Of a stretch of DNA of 64,000 nt, positions 24,401-36,759 are shown piece by piece. A model generated the notes under the pieces. That model did no database searches. It was given only the letters and a program-made list of their open reading frames with translations, and was not told where the DNA came from. The stretch is from Leucoraja ocellata (Eukaryota): positions 7,130,001 through 7,194,000 of the forward strand of contig JAWMAR010000070.1 of the NCBI GenBank assembly GCA_036785375.1, written 5' to 3'. The translations under genes were made by a program, and so were the position numbers. Position 1 is the first letter of the stretch, and each line of letters starts with the position of its first letter.

Positions 24401-26675
24401 AGGCTTGAATCGGCCCGTTCGCGGGGCCTTTCATCGCCCGACGGGGGTTTCAACATTGGTATTGATGTGGATAGAGAACTGGCTGGCAGACAGAAAGCAA
24501 AGAGTAGGAGTAAACGGGTCCTTTTCAGAATGGCAGGCAGTGACTAGTGGGGTACTGCAAGACTCAGTGCTGGGACCCCAGCTATTTACGATATATATTA
24601 ATGATCTGGATGAGGGAGTTGAATGCAACATCTCCAAGTTTGCAGATGGGGGGCAGTGTTAGCTGTGAGGAGGATGCTAGGAGGCTGCAAGGTGACTTGG
24701 ATATGTTGGGTGAGTGGGCAAATGCATGGAAGATGCAGTATAATGTGGATAAATGTGAAGTTATCCATTTTGGTGTAAAAAACAGGAAAGTAGATTATTA
24801 TCTGAATGGTGGCCGATTAGGAAAAGGGGAGATGCAACGAGACCTGGGTGTCATGGTACACCAGTCATTAAAAGTGGGCATGCAGGTGCAGCAGGCAGTG
24901 AAGAAAGAGAATGGTATGTTAACATTCATAGCAAAAGGATTTGAGTATAAGAGCAGGGAGGTTCTACTACAGTTGTACAGAGTCTTGGTGAGACCACACC
25001 TGGAGTATTGCGTACAGTTTTGGTCTCCTAATCTGAGGAAGGACATTATTGCCATAGAGGGAGTACAGAGAAAGTTCACCAGACTGATTCCTGGGATGTC
25101 AGGACTTTATGGCATACTGAGTTGGATGATCAGTATAATCATATTAAATGGCAGTGCAGGCTCGAAGGGCCGAATGGCCTACTCCTGCACCTATTTTCTA
25201 TGTTTCTATGGGAGCCTCGATCGCCTCGATGCAGCAGTTTGATTTTAAGCCGCTCGGGCGCTGAAAGGCCCCGCGAACGGGACGATTCTGCCCATAGAAA
25301 GCGTCTGATAAAGTCCGGAACACAAAACATGGGCGGGGGGGGAATCGTCCCCCACCTCCCAAAGCATAGGGAGACGTGCCCCATGTCCCCCCCCAGGATT
25401 TCCGCCCATGGCGGTCACGATATCTCCTTCACCGCTGCAGTCTCGACGCCTCTTTGATGGCCGCGAAAAACTCCATGTGGGGCGTAGAAGGCCGGATCGG
25501 ATAAAGCGGAAAGTTAATTTCAATGAGGTCCTCCCCCTGACGTGACTGGAAGCTGCTGGTCGACCACTCCCCCTTTGTGACATCACTCGAAGGGGGGTGA
25601 AGGTTTGCCGTTTAATAAGTTGGTTTTCACTATTTTTAAAACGCTATAACTTGTGAACTACAGCATGTAATGTGAAGTGGAGCAGTTTATTTTGTCAAAG
25701 GGGTTAATGTGATTAATAATGTGCGGAGGAGGGGAGGAGGAGAGGGGAGAGAAGGAGGAGGGTGTAGACGAGGGGGAGGGAGTGTAAGAGACTCGCCTGC
25801 GCAGTTGTGGGGTATGGGTGAGTGGTGGAATATTACGTTGGGGGGACGGGTACATCGCAAAGGAATCTCATTTAGATTTCTTGGGAGGAGGCTTTTCATT
25901 GTGGGGGGTGGAATTGCTGAGAGGTTTCATTTACTCCTTATTTATAAAATAATTACGATTGTGGGGAGGGGTGGGTTGGGGGCGGGGGCTCCCCGTTTCA
26001 TTGTGGGGGGGTGGAGTAAGAGAGAGGTTTCATTTCCAGAATTTTCCTTGCTAGGGGATGGGGTGAGTATTGTGGGGTATGGGTGAGTGGTGGAATATTA
26101 CGTTGGGGGAACGGGGCCCAACGGGTCCCACTTGGTCTAGTTATCATTATTTATTTAATGTTTCACGTTTACACCAATCTCTCCACCACCACGAACAAGC
26201 AGCACAAGACGCGACAAGACAGACACCATTTTATGCAGATGCCGAGAAGTGTGATCAGCTCTGGCTGAACAACTAATCTTGTGTGTGGATTCGATAAGCA
26301 GAAGATTTAATGTCATAGTGTTATACAGTCATAGAGTGATACAGCATGGAAACAGGCCCTTTGGCCCAACTTGCCCACATTGGACAACATGTCCCAGCTA
26401 CACTAGTCCCACCTGTCCACGTTTGGTCCATATCCCTCCAAATCTGACCTATCCCTGTTCCTGTCTAGCAGTTTCTTAAACGTCGGGATAGTTTCTGCCT
26501 CAACTGCGATGGGTTGACCAGAACGAGACGTGGTGGAGACACAAGCAGGATGTGTGGGGCGCCTGGTTGGCCGCTGGCAGCTGGGATGACGTTGTTCTTG
26601 TTAAACGTTAACGGCTGATGCAACGACACGTTTGGCAGAGGGTGGAGAGGTCGCGGCTGACTCCGGCCAATGCTC

Positions 26676-26752
26676 CGTGGGAGGCAGTGATTGGTTGAAT
26701 GTACGTGAGGGCAGACAATGAGGGGCAGGAGAAGCCGGGAGTCGGTATAAAA
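26676..26752 (+). promoter_or_regulatory. Promoter of B3 (ERSE 26676-26694, TATA 26746-26752)
   Basis: Same cassette as B1. Confidence 0.6.
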
Positions 26753-27399
26753 GGAGCGAGCGATGGCAGGAGATGAGAACAAGACCGACCCCGTCACCCT
26801 GTGTGGAGACTCCGGAGCTGGTAACCAACCCTGTGGATCCTTCAAGTGTCTGTGAGTGATGGGGGTGGGATTGTCTCTGTTCACTGTTCCCCCAGTTCAG
26901 AAGCCTGATAGCAGAGGGGAAGAAGCTGTTCCTGAGTCTGGTGGTGCGCGCTTTCAAGCTTCTGTACCTTCTGCTAGACAGGACCAGGGAGAAGGAGGAA
27001 TGACCGGGGTGGGACAAGTGATGGAGTCATAGAGTCACAGCGAGACCTTCGGCCCAACTTGCCCGCGCCCACCAACGTGTCCCCATCAATACTAGACCCA
27101 CCTGCCTGCGTTTGGCCCTTACCCCTCTAATCCTGTCCTATCAATGTACCTGTCTAACTGTTTCTTAATCATCGTGATAGTACCTGCCTCAACTACCTCT
27201 TCCGGCAGCTCGTTCCAAACACCCTCCACCCTTTGTGTAAAAAAGTCACCCCTCAGTTTTCCATGAAATCTTTCCCCCCCCTCGCCTTAAACCGATGTCC
27301 TCTGGTTCTCGATTCCCCAACTCTGGGCGGGTTCAGGGAATGTCATCATGAATCCTACTGAGTTGCAATAAGGTGACCCATTGTTTCACCCACAGGAAC

Positions 27400-27936
27400 A
27401 TGGGACTGCAGAGATGGATAGGATTCATGGTCCTTGTGGAGATGGTGTGGCAAGTCTCCGCAACTGGAACAGGTCCGATCTCCAGAGAATGGGGAGAGGA
27501 AGCAAACTTGGCCGGGCGGAACGCACGGGCCCCTCGGCAAGTCACCAATGAACCGCTTCCAAGATGCATGAACGAGTCAGATTCTGATGCCATCAGTCAT
27601 CACCTATCAACGATTAACAAGAAGGTGCTCGTTGCATCTCTGGGTGGTTCTGTTACTTTGCCATGTAATGTATCCAACGTTGACAATAGTCCCGAGGTTA
27701 CATGGAATAAAGATGGTGTTGAAATTGCCTATTTCCATAGTAGAGTGCATGAGCGTTATACAGGATCTGATGTTCACTGGAAGTTCGTGCAACGAAACGT
27801 CCTTTGGGAACAGGACGCCACGTTGCTCCTGACAGGTGTAAAAGAGGAAGATAAAGGGACGTATTCCTGTGTTTGGATCAAGTATCGTCAGAAACCGGTT
27901 TGTGAATTATTGATGCAGCTGATGATCTCTCACTGA
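27400..27936 (+). CDS. Secreted single V-set Ig-domain protein, type B copy 3 (178 aa)
   Basis: Close paralogue of copy B2 with an intact ORF and all four Cys. Confidence 0.85.
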   Translation: MGLQRWIGFMVLVEMVWQVSATGTGPISREWGEEANLAGRNARAPRQVTNEPLPRCMNESDSDAISHHLSTINKKVLVASLGGSVTLPCNVSNVDNSPEVTWNKDGVEIAYFHSRVHERYTGSDVHWKFVQRNVLWEQDATLLLTGVKEEDKGTYSCVWIKYRQKPVCELLMQLMISH

Positions 27937-29791
27937 TTCAGCAGGGCCAGTCCCAGGGTCAGTAACAAAGTCTAGTTTAGTTTAGTTTAGTTCCGTTCAG
28001 AGGTACAACAGGGAAACAAGCCCTTCGGCCACAGAGTCAATGGGGACCAGTGATCACCCCATATACTAGTTCTATCCCACACACTAGATACAATTTACAC
28101 TGACCAATTAACCTACAAACCTGCACGTCTCTGGGGTGTGGGACGAAACCGGAGCACACGGATTCCAAAGAGGAAGGAAGATTCCAAGGGGAGTTAGGGG
28201 CGACCGTGGCTGACAAGGGAAGTCAGGGACACTATCACAAATGCATTTCGTTGTCTCTGTTCTGTACACTGACAATGACAATTAAATTGAATCTGAATCT
28301 GATAAAAGTGAACAGGTATAACGTTGCAAAGATGAGCGGAAAGCCAGGGGATTAGGTAACTCTTTTAAAGAGCAACAGAAGATAACTAAAAAAGCAATAC
28401 GGGGAGAAAAGATGAGGTATGAAGGTAAGATAGCCAAGAATAGAAAGGAGGATCGTAAAAGCTTCTTTAGATATGTGAAAAAAATTAGTTCAGACTAAAA
28501 TTGGACCTTTATAGACTAAAAACTTTGGATCCGTCTTCACTAAGGAGAACACAAACAATCTCCCTGATGTACTAGTGGCCAGGGGATCTGGGGACAATGG
28601 AGAGCCAGTGGATGTAGTGTACCTGGACTTGCAGGAAGTATTTGATAAGGTCCCACATAGGAGATTAGTGGGCAAAATTAGAGCACATGGTATTGGGGGA
28701 AGGGCCTGTTTCCATATTGTTTGACTCTGACACTAAGTAGGGAATAGTAAAGGTATAAAGATGAGCAGCGTGGAAGGTGTGAGCGTGGATCACATGCAGT
28801 GAGGAGAACTGGCCTTGCTTGCACCGGTAAATGTACGTTTAATTTAAATAAACTTTCTTCTGCCTGCCCTGAAGACAGCCGGTGTGAGTGATTCTTTGTA
28901 CGCCAGCATTGAGTTGGGTGTGAACTTTGTGCAACTTTTGCTCACTACGGGCAACATCGCCGGATTAAAGGGCCAGTCCCACGAGCATGCGACTCCATGC
29001 GGCAAGCGCGACCTAACGTGGTCACTTGAGCCGTACGGCCTCGCGGGGCCGGTCCCACTTTGATCGCCGGAGCCGTATGGAGTTGTGTGGAGCTGGTCCC
29101 GACATCGCGCGGGGCTCTGAAAAACTGAATATGTTAGGATATGGAAACAGGTTCATCGGCCCACCGAGTCTAACCCAACCAGTGATCACCCCTACACTAG
29201 TTCTAACCTACACACTAGGGACAATTTACTGAAGCCAATTAACCTACAAATCTACACGTCTTTGTAATCTGAAAGGAAACCAGAGCACCCGGAGGAAACC
29301 CACATGGTCCCAGGGACAATGTACATACACTGTACAGACAGTGCCCGTAGTCACCATCGAAGGCGGGTCTCTAGCGCTGTAAGGCAGCAACTCTACCGCT
29401 GCGCCACTGTACCGCCCCTGCATTGCCCTCGTGCATTGTTAGGGCTGCTGATTAGAGTCCAGTTTTGACCCTCGTTGGGTGTCAATTGTGGTTGTCAAGG
29501 AGCTTTCTTACCTCCGTATGGAGCCTGGTCTTCCAGTTATAGACCCACACCACCCTGGCCACACTCTCTTATCACCACTACTGAGGGGAAGGTACAGGAG
29601 CCTGAGAACCGTGAGCTCCAGGTTCAAGAGCAGCTTCTTCCCAGCAAGCACAAGGTTGTTGAACCAGCCTGCACAACCCCAACCACAGCCCTACGCCACT
29701 CACCACAACCCTACACAACCCTGATGGACACTGCACCACTGGTGATATAAAGTTACTGAGCAGACCAAGTGCAGATCCATTGGGTCTGCTC

Positions 29792-30101
29792 CCCCAACGC
29801 AATATTCCACCACTCACCCGTTCCCCAACGCAATATTCCACCACTCACCCGTTCCCCAACGCTATATTCCACCACTCACCCGTTCCCCAACGCAATATTC
29901 CACCACTCACCCGTTCCCCAAAGCAATATTCCACCACTCACCCGCTCCTCAACACTATATTCCACCACTCACCCGTTCCCCAACGCAATATTCCACCACT
30001 CACCCGTTCCCCAACGCTATATTGCACCACTCACCCATTCCCCAACGCAATATTCCACCACTCACCCGCTCCCCAACATTATATTCCACCACTCACTCAT
30101 A
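29792..30101 (+). repeat. 31-bp minisatellite, ~10 copies (CCCCAACGCAATATTCCACCACTCACCCGTT)
   Basis: Units start at 29792, 29823 and so on to 30071. Only ~2 units are present at the paralogous sites (~16088 and ~23364). Confidence 0.9.
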
Positions 30102-30440
30102 GCCCCCAACTCTGGAGGCGCGGCTCATTTTGCCGCATCCCCTCGTCCTACTCTTCACCCTCCCTCTTCAATACCTAGAGAGAGAGAGGAGGGGGAGAGA
30201 AGGAGAGAGGCAGAGAGAAAGGAGGTAGAGAGAGAGTGGGAAGGGGTAGAGGGAGAAGGAGGGTGGTAGTGATTAAATACATTCTTCTCAAGCTTACCCC
30301 CAGTCTAGTTCAGTCAAAAACCACTGAGTCAAGCACTGGAACAACTAAACTTTATTTTTGGACTGTACATCAAATTCCCCTACACGATACCTAAACCACT
30401 GCGGGTTCAATCCTTGTATCTGCTTGGCCAAGCCCTTCAG

Positions 30441-32239
30441 GTCCCTTGCAGTCAGAAACAAGTGAATTGATCATGGGGAACAAGGACATGGCAGACCAAT
30501 TGAATAACTACTTTGGTTCTGTCTTCACTAAGGAAGACATAAATAATCTGCCGGAAATAGCAGGGGACCGGAGGTCAAATGAGATGGAGGAACTGAGTGA
30601 AATCCAGGTTAGCCGGGAAGTGGTGGTAGGTAAATTGAATGAATTAAAAGCCGATAAATCCCCAGGGCCAGATAGGTTGTATCCCAGAGTACTTAAGGAA
30701 ATAGCCCCAGAAATAGTGGATGCATTAGTGATAATTTTTCAAAACTCTAGATTTGGAAGTAGTTCCTGAGGATTGGAGGGTAGCTAATGTAACACCACAT
30801 TTTAAAAAGAGAGGGAGAGAGAAAATGGGGAATTACAGACCAGTTAGTCTAACGTTGGTAGTGGGGAAACTGCTAGAATCAGTTATTAAAGATGGGATAG
30901 TAGCACATTTGGAAAGTGGTGAAATCATTGGACAAAGTCAGCATGGATTTATGAAGGGTAAATCATGTCTGACGAATCTTATAGAATTTTTCGAGGATGT
31001 AACTAGTAGCGTGGATAGGGGAGAACCAGTGGATGTGGTGTATCTGGACTTTCAGAAGGCTTTCGACAAGGTCCCACATAAGAGATTAGTATACAAACTT
31101 AAAGCACACGGTATTGGGGGTTCAGTATTGATGTGGATAGAGAACTGGCTGGCAGACAGGAAGCAAAGAGTAGGAGTAAACGGGTCCTTTTCACAATGGC
31201 AGGCAGTGACTAGTGGGGTACCGCAAGGCTCAGTTCTGGGACCCCAGTTATTTACGGTATATATTAATGATTTGGACGAGGGAATTGAATGCAACATCTC
31301 CAAGTTTGTGGATGACACAAAGCTGGGGGCAGTGTTAGCTGTGAGGAGGATGCTAGGAGGCTGCAAGGTGACTTGGATAGGCTGGGTGAGTGGGCAAATG
31401 CATGGCAGATGCAGAATAATGTGGATAAATGTGAGGTTATCCACTTTGGTGGCAAAAACAGGAAATTAGACTATTATCTGAATGGTGGCCGATTAGGAAA
31501 GGGGGAGATGCAACGAGACCTGGGTGTCATGGTGCACCAGTCATTAAAAGTAGGCATGCAGGTGCAGCAGGCAGTGAAGAAGGCGAATGGTATATTAGCA
31601 TTCATAGTAAAAGGATTTGAGTATAGGAGCAGGGAGGTTCTACTGCAGTTGTACATGCTCTTGGTGAGACCACACCTGGAGTATTGCGTACAGTTTTGGT
31701 CTCTTAATCTGAGGAAAGACATTCTTGCCATAGAGGGAGTACAGAGAAGGCTCACCAGATTGATTCCTGGGATGTCAGGACTTTCATATGACGAAAGACT
31801 GGATAGACTCGGTTTGTACTCGCTAGAATTTAGAAGATTGAGGGGGGATCTTATAGAAACTTACAAAATTCTTAAGGGGTTGGACAGGCTAGATGCAGGA
31901 AAATTGTTCCCGATCTTGGGGAAGTCCAGAACAAGGGGTCACAGTTTAAGGATAAGGAGGAAATCTTTTGGGGCCGAGATGAGGAAAACTTTTTTCACAC
32001 AGAGAGTGGTGAATCTGTGGAATTCTCTGCTGCAGAAGGTAGTTGAGGCCACAGTTCATTGGCTATATTTAAGTGGGAGTTAGATGTGGCCCTTGTGGCT
32101 AAATGGATCAGGTGGTATGGAGAGAACGCAGGTACAGGATACTGAGTTGGATGATCTGCCATGATCACATTGAATGGCGGTGCAGGCTCGAAGGGCCGAA
32201 TGGCCTACTCCTGCACCTGTACCTATATATGTTTCTCAG
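30441..32239 (+). mobile_element. 5'-truncated CR1 LINE, duplicate of 16503..18298
   Basis: Same boundaries and TSD as 16503..18298. Confidence 0.9.
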
Positions 32240-34336
32240 TTCAGCCTCGTGCAAGCAGAAACACTCCAAAAGGACAAGCTGTCCCAAGGACTCTTCCAGA
32301 AGATCGACAAAGGACCTCGTGGGGGGCTGCCTTTTATAAGTCCCCGAACCTTGAGGGGCCGAACTACATAGGGGTGGTCCCTTTACAATCCAATCAAACA
32401 TATTAATTACATCAGTATATTATAGACAGTTTCCCAGACCACTAACAGATCCCATACATTGTTTCAGGAGAAGCTTCTGGAAGATGCTAACTTAACTTGA
32501 ATAATGCAACATTTACCCTGGAATTCAAACAAACCCGCCAGGGCTCAACACTTTAGCCAATCAACAAACAGTAGGATAACTGCCTGGCACATTATATACA
32601 ATATTTACAATGCTGTTACAGTAATCCAATCAACCATGCATTTACACTTCATTGGAGGTCATCTCCTTGCACGGAAATCGGCATCAAAACATGGGGGGCC
32701 ACAATTCCATGGCAGCACACATGCACACGCATGCATGCGGCACACACGCGAGGATTCGGCCATGGGCCCTGTGGACAGTAACATCGGGAGCTGACTTGGT
32801 TGGTGACCGACTCCGAACTCCAGCAACAGCAGCTTCGTCCGCCCCGAACCGTGGGGCTTGAATCGGCCCGTTCGCGGGGCCTTTCATCGCCCGGCAGGGG
32901 TTTCAACATTGGCATTGATGTGGATAGAGAACTGGCTGGTCTCTTAATCTGAGGAAAGACATTATTGCCATAGAGAGAGTACAGAGAAAGTTCACCAGAC
33001 TGATTCCTGGGATGTCAGGACTTTATGGCATACTGAGTTGGATGATCAGTATAATCATATTAAATGGCAGTGCAGGCTCGAAGGGCCGAATGGCCTACTC
33101 CTGCACCTATTTTCTATGTTTCTATGGGAGCCTCGATCGCCTCGATCGCCTCGATGCAGCAGTTTGATTATAAGCCGCTTGGGCGCTGAAAGGCCCCGCG
33201 AACGGGACGATTCTGCCCATAGAAAGCGTCTGATAAAGTCCGGAACACAAAACATGGGTGGGGGGGAATCGTCCCCCACCTCCCAAAGCATAGGGAGACG
33301 TGCCCCCTGTTCCCCCCCCCAGGATTTCCGCCCATGGCGGTCACGATATCTCCTTCACCGCCGCAGTCTCGACGCCTCTTTGATGGCCGCGAAAAACCCC
33401 ATGTGGGGCGTAGAAGGCCGGGTCGGATAAAGCGGAATGTTAATTTCAATGAGGTCCTCCCCCTGACATCACTGGAAGCTGCTGGTCGACCACTCCCCCT
33501 TTGTGACATCACTCGAAGCGGGGTGAAGGTTTGCCGTTTAATAAGTTGGTTTTCACTATTTTTAAAACGCTATAACTTGTGAACTACAGCATGTAATGTG
33601 AAGTGGAGCAGTTTATTTTGTCAAAGGGGTTAATGTGATTAATAATGTGCGGAGGAGGGGAGGAGGAGAGGGGAGAGAAGGAGGAGGGTAAAGACGAGGG
33701 GGAGGGAGTGTAAGAGACTCGCCTGCGCAGTTGTGGGGTATGGGTGAGTGGTGGAATATTACGTTGGGGGAACGGGACCCAACGGGTCCCACTTGGTCTA
33801 GTTATCATTATTTATTTAATGTTTCACGTTTACACCAATCTCTCCACCACCACGAACAAGCAGCACAAGACGCGACAAGACAGACACCATTTTATGCAGA
33901 TGCCGAGAAGTGTGATCAGCTCTGGCTGAACAACTAATCTTGTGTGTGGATTCGATAAGCAGAAGATTTAATGTCATAGTGTTATACAGTCATAGAGTGA
34001 TACAGCATGGAAACAGGCCCTTCGGCCCAACTTGCCCACATTGGACAAAATGTCCCAGCTACACTAGTCCCACCTGTCCACGTTTGGTCCATATCCCTCC
34101 AAATCTGACCTATACCTGTTCCTGTCTAGCTGTTTCTTAAACGTCGGGATAGTTTCTGCCTCAACTGCGATGAGTTGACCAGAACGAGACGTGGTGGAGA
34201 CACAAGCAGGATGTGTGGGGCGCCTGGTTGGCCGCTGGCAGCTGGGATGACGTTGTTCTTGTTAAACGTTAACGGCTGATGCAACGACACGTTTGGCAGA
34301 GGGTGGAGAGGTCGCGGCTGACTCCGGCCAATGCTC

Positions 34337-34413
34337 CGTGGGAGGCAGTGATTGGTTGAATGTACGTGAGGGCAGACAATGAGGGGCAGGAGAAGCCGGG
34401 AGTCGGTATAAAA
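34337..34413 (+). promoter_or_regulatory. Promoter of the pseudogene (ERSE 34337-34355, TATA 34407-34413)
   Basis: Same cassette as B1. Confidence 0.55.
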
Positions 34414-35061
34414 GGAGCGAGCGATGGCAGGAGATGAGAACAAGACCGACCCCGTCACCCTGTGTGGAGACTCCGGAGCTGGTAACCAACCCTGTGGATC
34501 CTTCAAGTGTCTGTGAGTGATGGGGGTGGGATTGTCTCTGTTCACTGTTCCCCCAGTTCAGAAGCCTGATAGCAGAGGGGAAGAAGCTGTTCCTGAGTCT
34601 GGTGGTGCGCGCTTTCAAGCTTCTGTACCGTCTGCTAGACAGGACCAGGGAGAAGAAGGAATGACTGGGGTGGGACAAGTGATGGAGTCATAGAGTCACA
34701 GCGAGACCTTCGGCCCAAGTTGCCCGCGCCCACCAACGTGTCCCCATCAATACTAGACCCACCTGCCTGCGTTTGGCCCTTACCCCTCTAATCCTGTCCT
34801 ATCAATGTACCTGTCTAACTGTTTCTTAATCATTGTGATAGTACCTGCCTCAACTACCTCTTCCGGCAGCTCGTTCCAAACACCCTCCACCCTTTATGTA
34901 AAAAAGTCACCCCTCAGTTTCCCATTAAATCTTTCCCCCCCCCTCGCCTTAAACCGATGTCCTCTGGTTCTCGATTCCCCAACTCTGGGCGGGTTCAGGG
35001 AATGTCATCATGAATCCTACTGAGTTGCAATAAGGTGACCCATTGTTTCACCCACAGGAAC

Positions 35062-35616
35062 ATGGGACTGCAGAGATGGATAGGATTCATGGTCCTTGTG
35101 GAGATGGTGTGGCAAGTCTCCGCAACTGGAACAGGTCCAGAATGGTCTCCAGAGAATGGGGAGAGGAAGCAAACTTGGCCGGGCGGAACGCACGGGCCCC
35201 TCAGCAAGTCAACAATGAACCGCTTCCAAGATGCACGAATGACTTAGATTCTGACAGTGATCACGGTGCATCGAATAGCGATATTAGGCTCATTGCATCT
35301 CCGGGTGATTCTTTGACGCTGCCCTGTAAAATATCCAAAGATTACAAACAACTCTGGTTAGTTCAGTGGAGACAAAACGATGTTGAAATTAACAATTATA
35401 ATGAGAAAACGTTTGATGAATATACGGGATCTGATGTCCGCTGGATATTTGTGGATCTAGAATTCCTTTGGGACTGGGACGGCTCGTTGCTCCTGAGGCA
35501 TAAAAGAGAAAGATGAAGGGATATATTCCTGTGTTTCGTTCATTGATACTCATGTGTTATGTGAAGAATTGGCCCAGCTGACAATCCTCCCAGTGATTCA
35601 GCAGGGCCCGACCTAG
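35062..35616 (+). pseudogene. Frameshifted divergent B-related V-set gene (acidic variant)
   Basis: Same leader. Net +5 nt at ~35139 (GGTCC AGAATGG TCTCC vs GGTCC GA TCTCC) and a 2-nt loss at ~35496 break the frame. Remnant motifs GDSLTLPC, VQWRQND, DGSLLL and DEGIYSC...LCEELAQLTI. Confidence 0.8.
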
Positions 35617-36759
35617 GGTCAGTAGCAAAGTCTAGCTTAGTTTAGTTTTGTTTAGTTCTGGGAAACAGGCCCTTCGGCCCACAGTCAACGGGGACCAGTG
35701 ATCACCCAATATACACTAGTTCTATCCCACACACTGGATACAATTTACACCGACCAATTAACCTACAAACACGCACGTCCCTGGGATGTGGGAGGAAACC
35801 GGAGCGCCTGTCGGAAACTCACACAGTTACAGTGAGAACGTGCAAACTCCGTACAGACAGCACCCGGGGAATAGAGAGGGTGAATGCACAGAGTCTTTTA
35901 CCCAGAGTGCGGGAATCAAGAACCAGGGGACACAGGTTTAACGTGAGAGGGGCGAATTTTGAAAGGAATCTGAGGGGCAACTTTTTCACTCAGGTGGGGG
36001 GGGGGGAGGTGTGTATGGAACGAGCTGCCAGAGGAGGTAGTTGAGGCAGGTTCTACAACAACATTTAATGGGCACTTGGATAGGTCCATGGATAGGAATG
36101 GTTTTATGGGGATATGGGCCAAATGTAATGAAATAGGACTAGCTTAGTGGGTCTGCATGGGCGAGGTCAAATGGCTATTTCCTACTAGCCAATTATTGTG
36201 CTTGTTAGTAGTGACTAGATAGATAGATAGAATCTTTATTTGCCACACGACCAGGGTTGGTGGTATGTGGGTTCGGTACATGATGCTACACTGCTTTAGT
36301 CACATTAACACTAATAACAACACAGATCACAGTAATAAAGTGCATCCATACCACATCACAAATCACAAATCTCACCAACAATACATAGTGCAAAAGAACA
36401 AACAAAGACCATAGACAAGACACTGTATACATCAAAAGTCTTAGTATTGTCTGATTATTGGAGGGAATTAAGTGTTCTTATTGCTGAGGGGAAGAAACTG
36501 TTTTTAAAGCGGGTGGATTTTGTAGCAAGTGACCTGAGGCGCCTCCCTGAATGGAGAGACTGAAAAAGGTGGTTTGCTGGAGGGGAGGGGTCCGAGATGA
36601 TCTTTATTGCCCGTTTTGAGGTACGTTGGAGATAAATGGAATGGATTGAGGGCAGGGGGGAGTTGATGATCCTGGAGGCCTTAGAGACAATGCGCTGTAA
36701 TCTGTGTAGTGAGTAGACTACACCTATTATGCGCGTTATATTATCAAGAGCTTGCCTCC

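Larger units (their letters stand above)
12875..35810 (+). repeat. Tandem array of ~6.5-7.7 kb units, each carrying one type B gene
   Basis: ATG spacings of 7138, 6502 and 7662 bp with shared flanks. Confidence 0.9.

Noticed and set aside
29769-30269. Repetitive 166/132-aa ORFs or a CRISPR-like array
   Set aside because: These are translations of a 31-bp minisatellite with no unique spacers, in a eukaryotic context.
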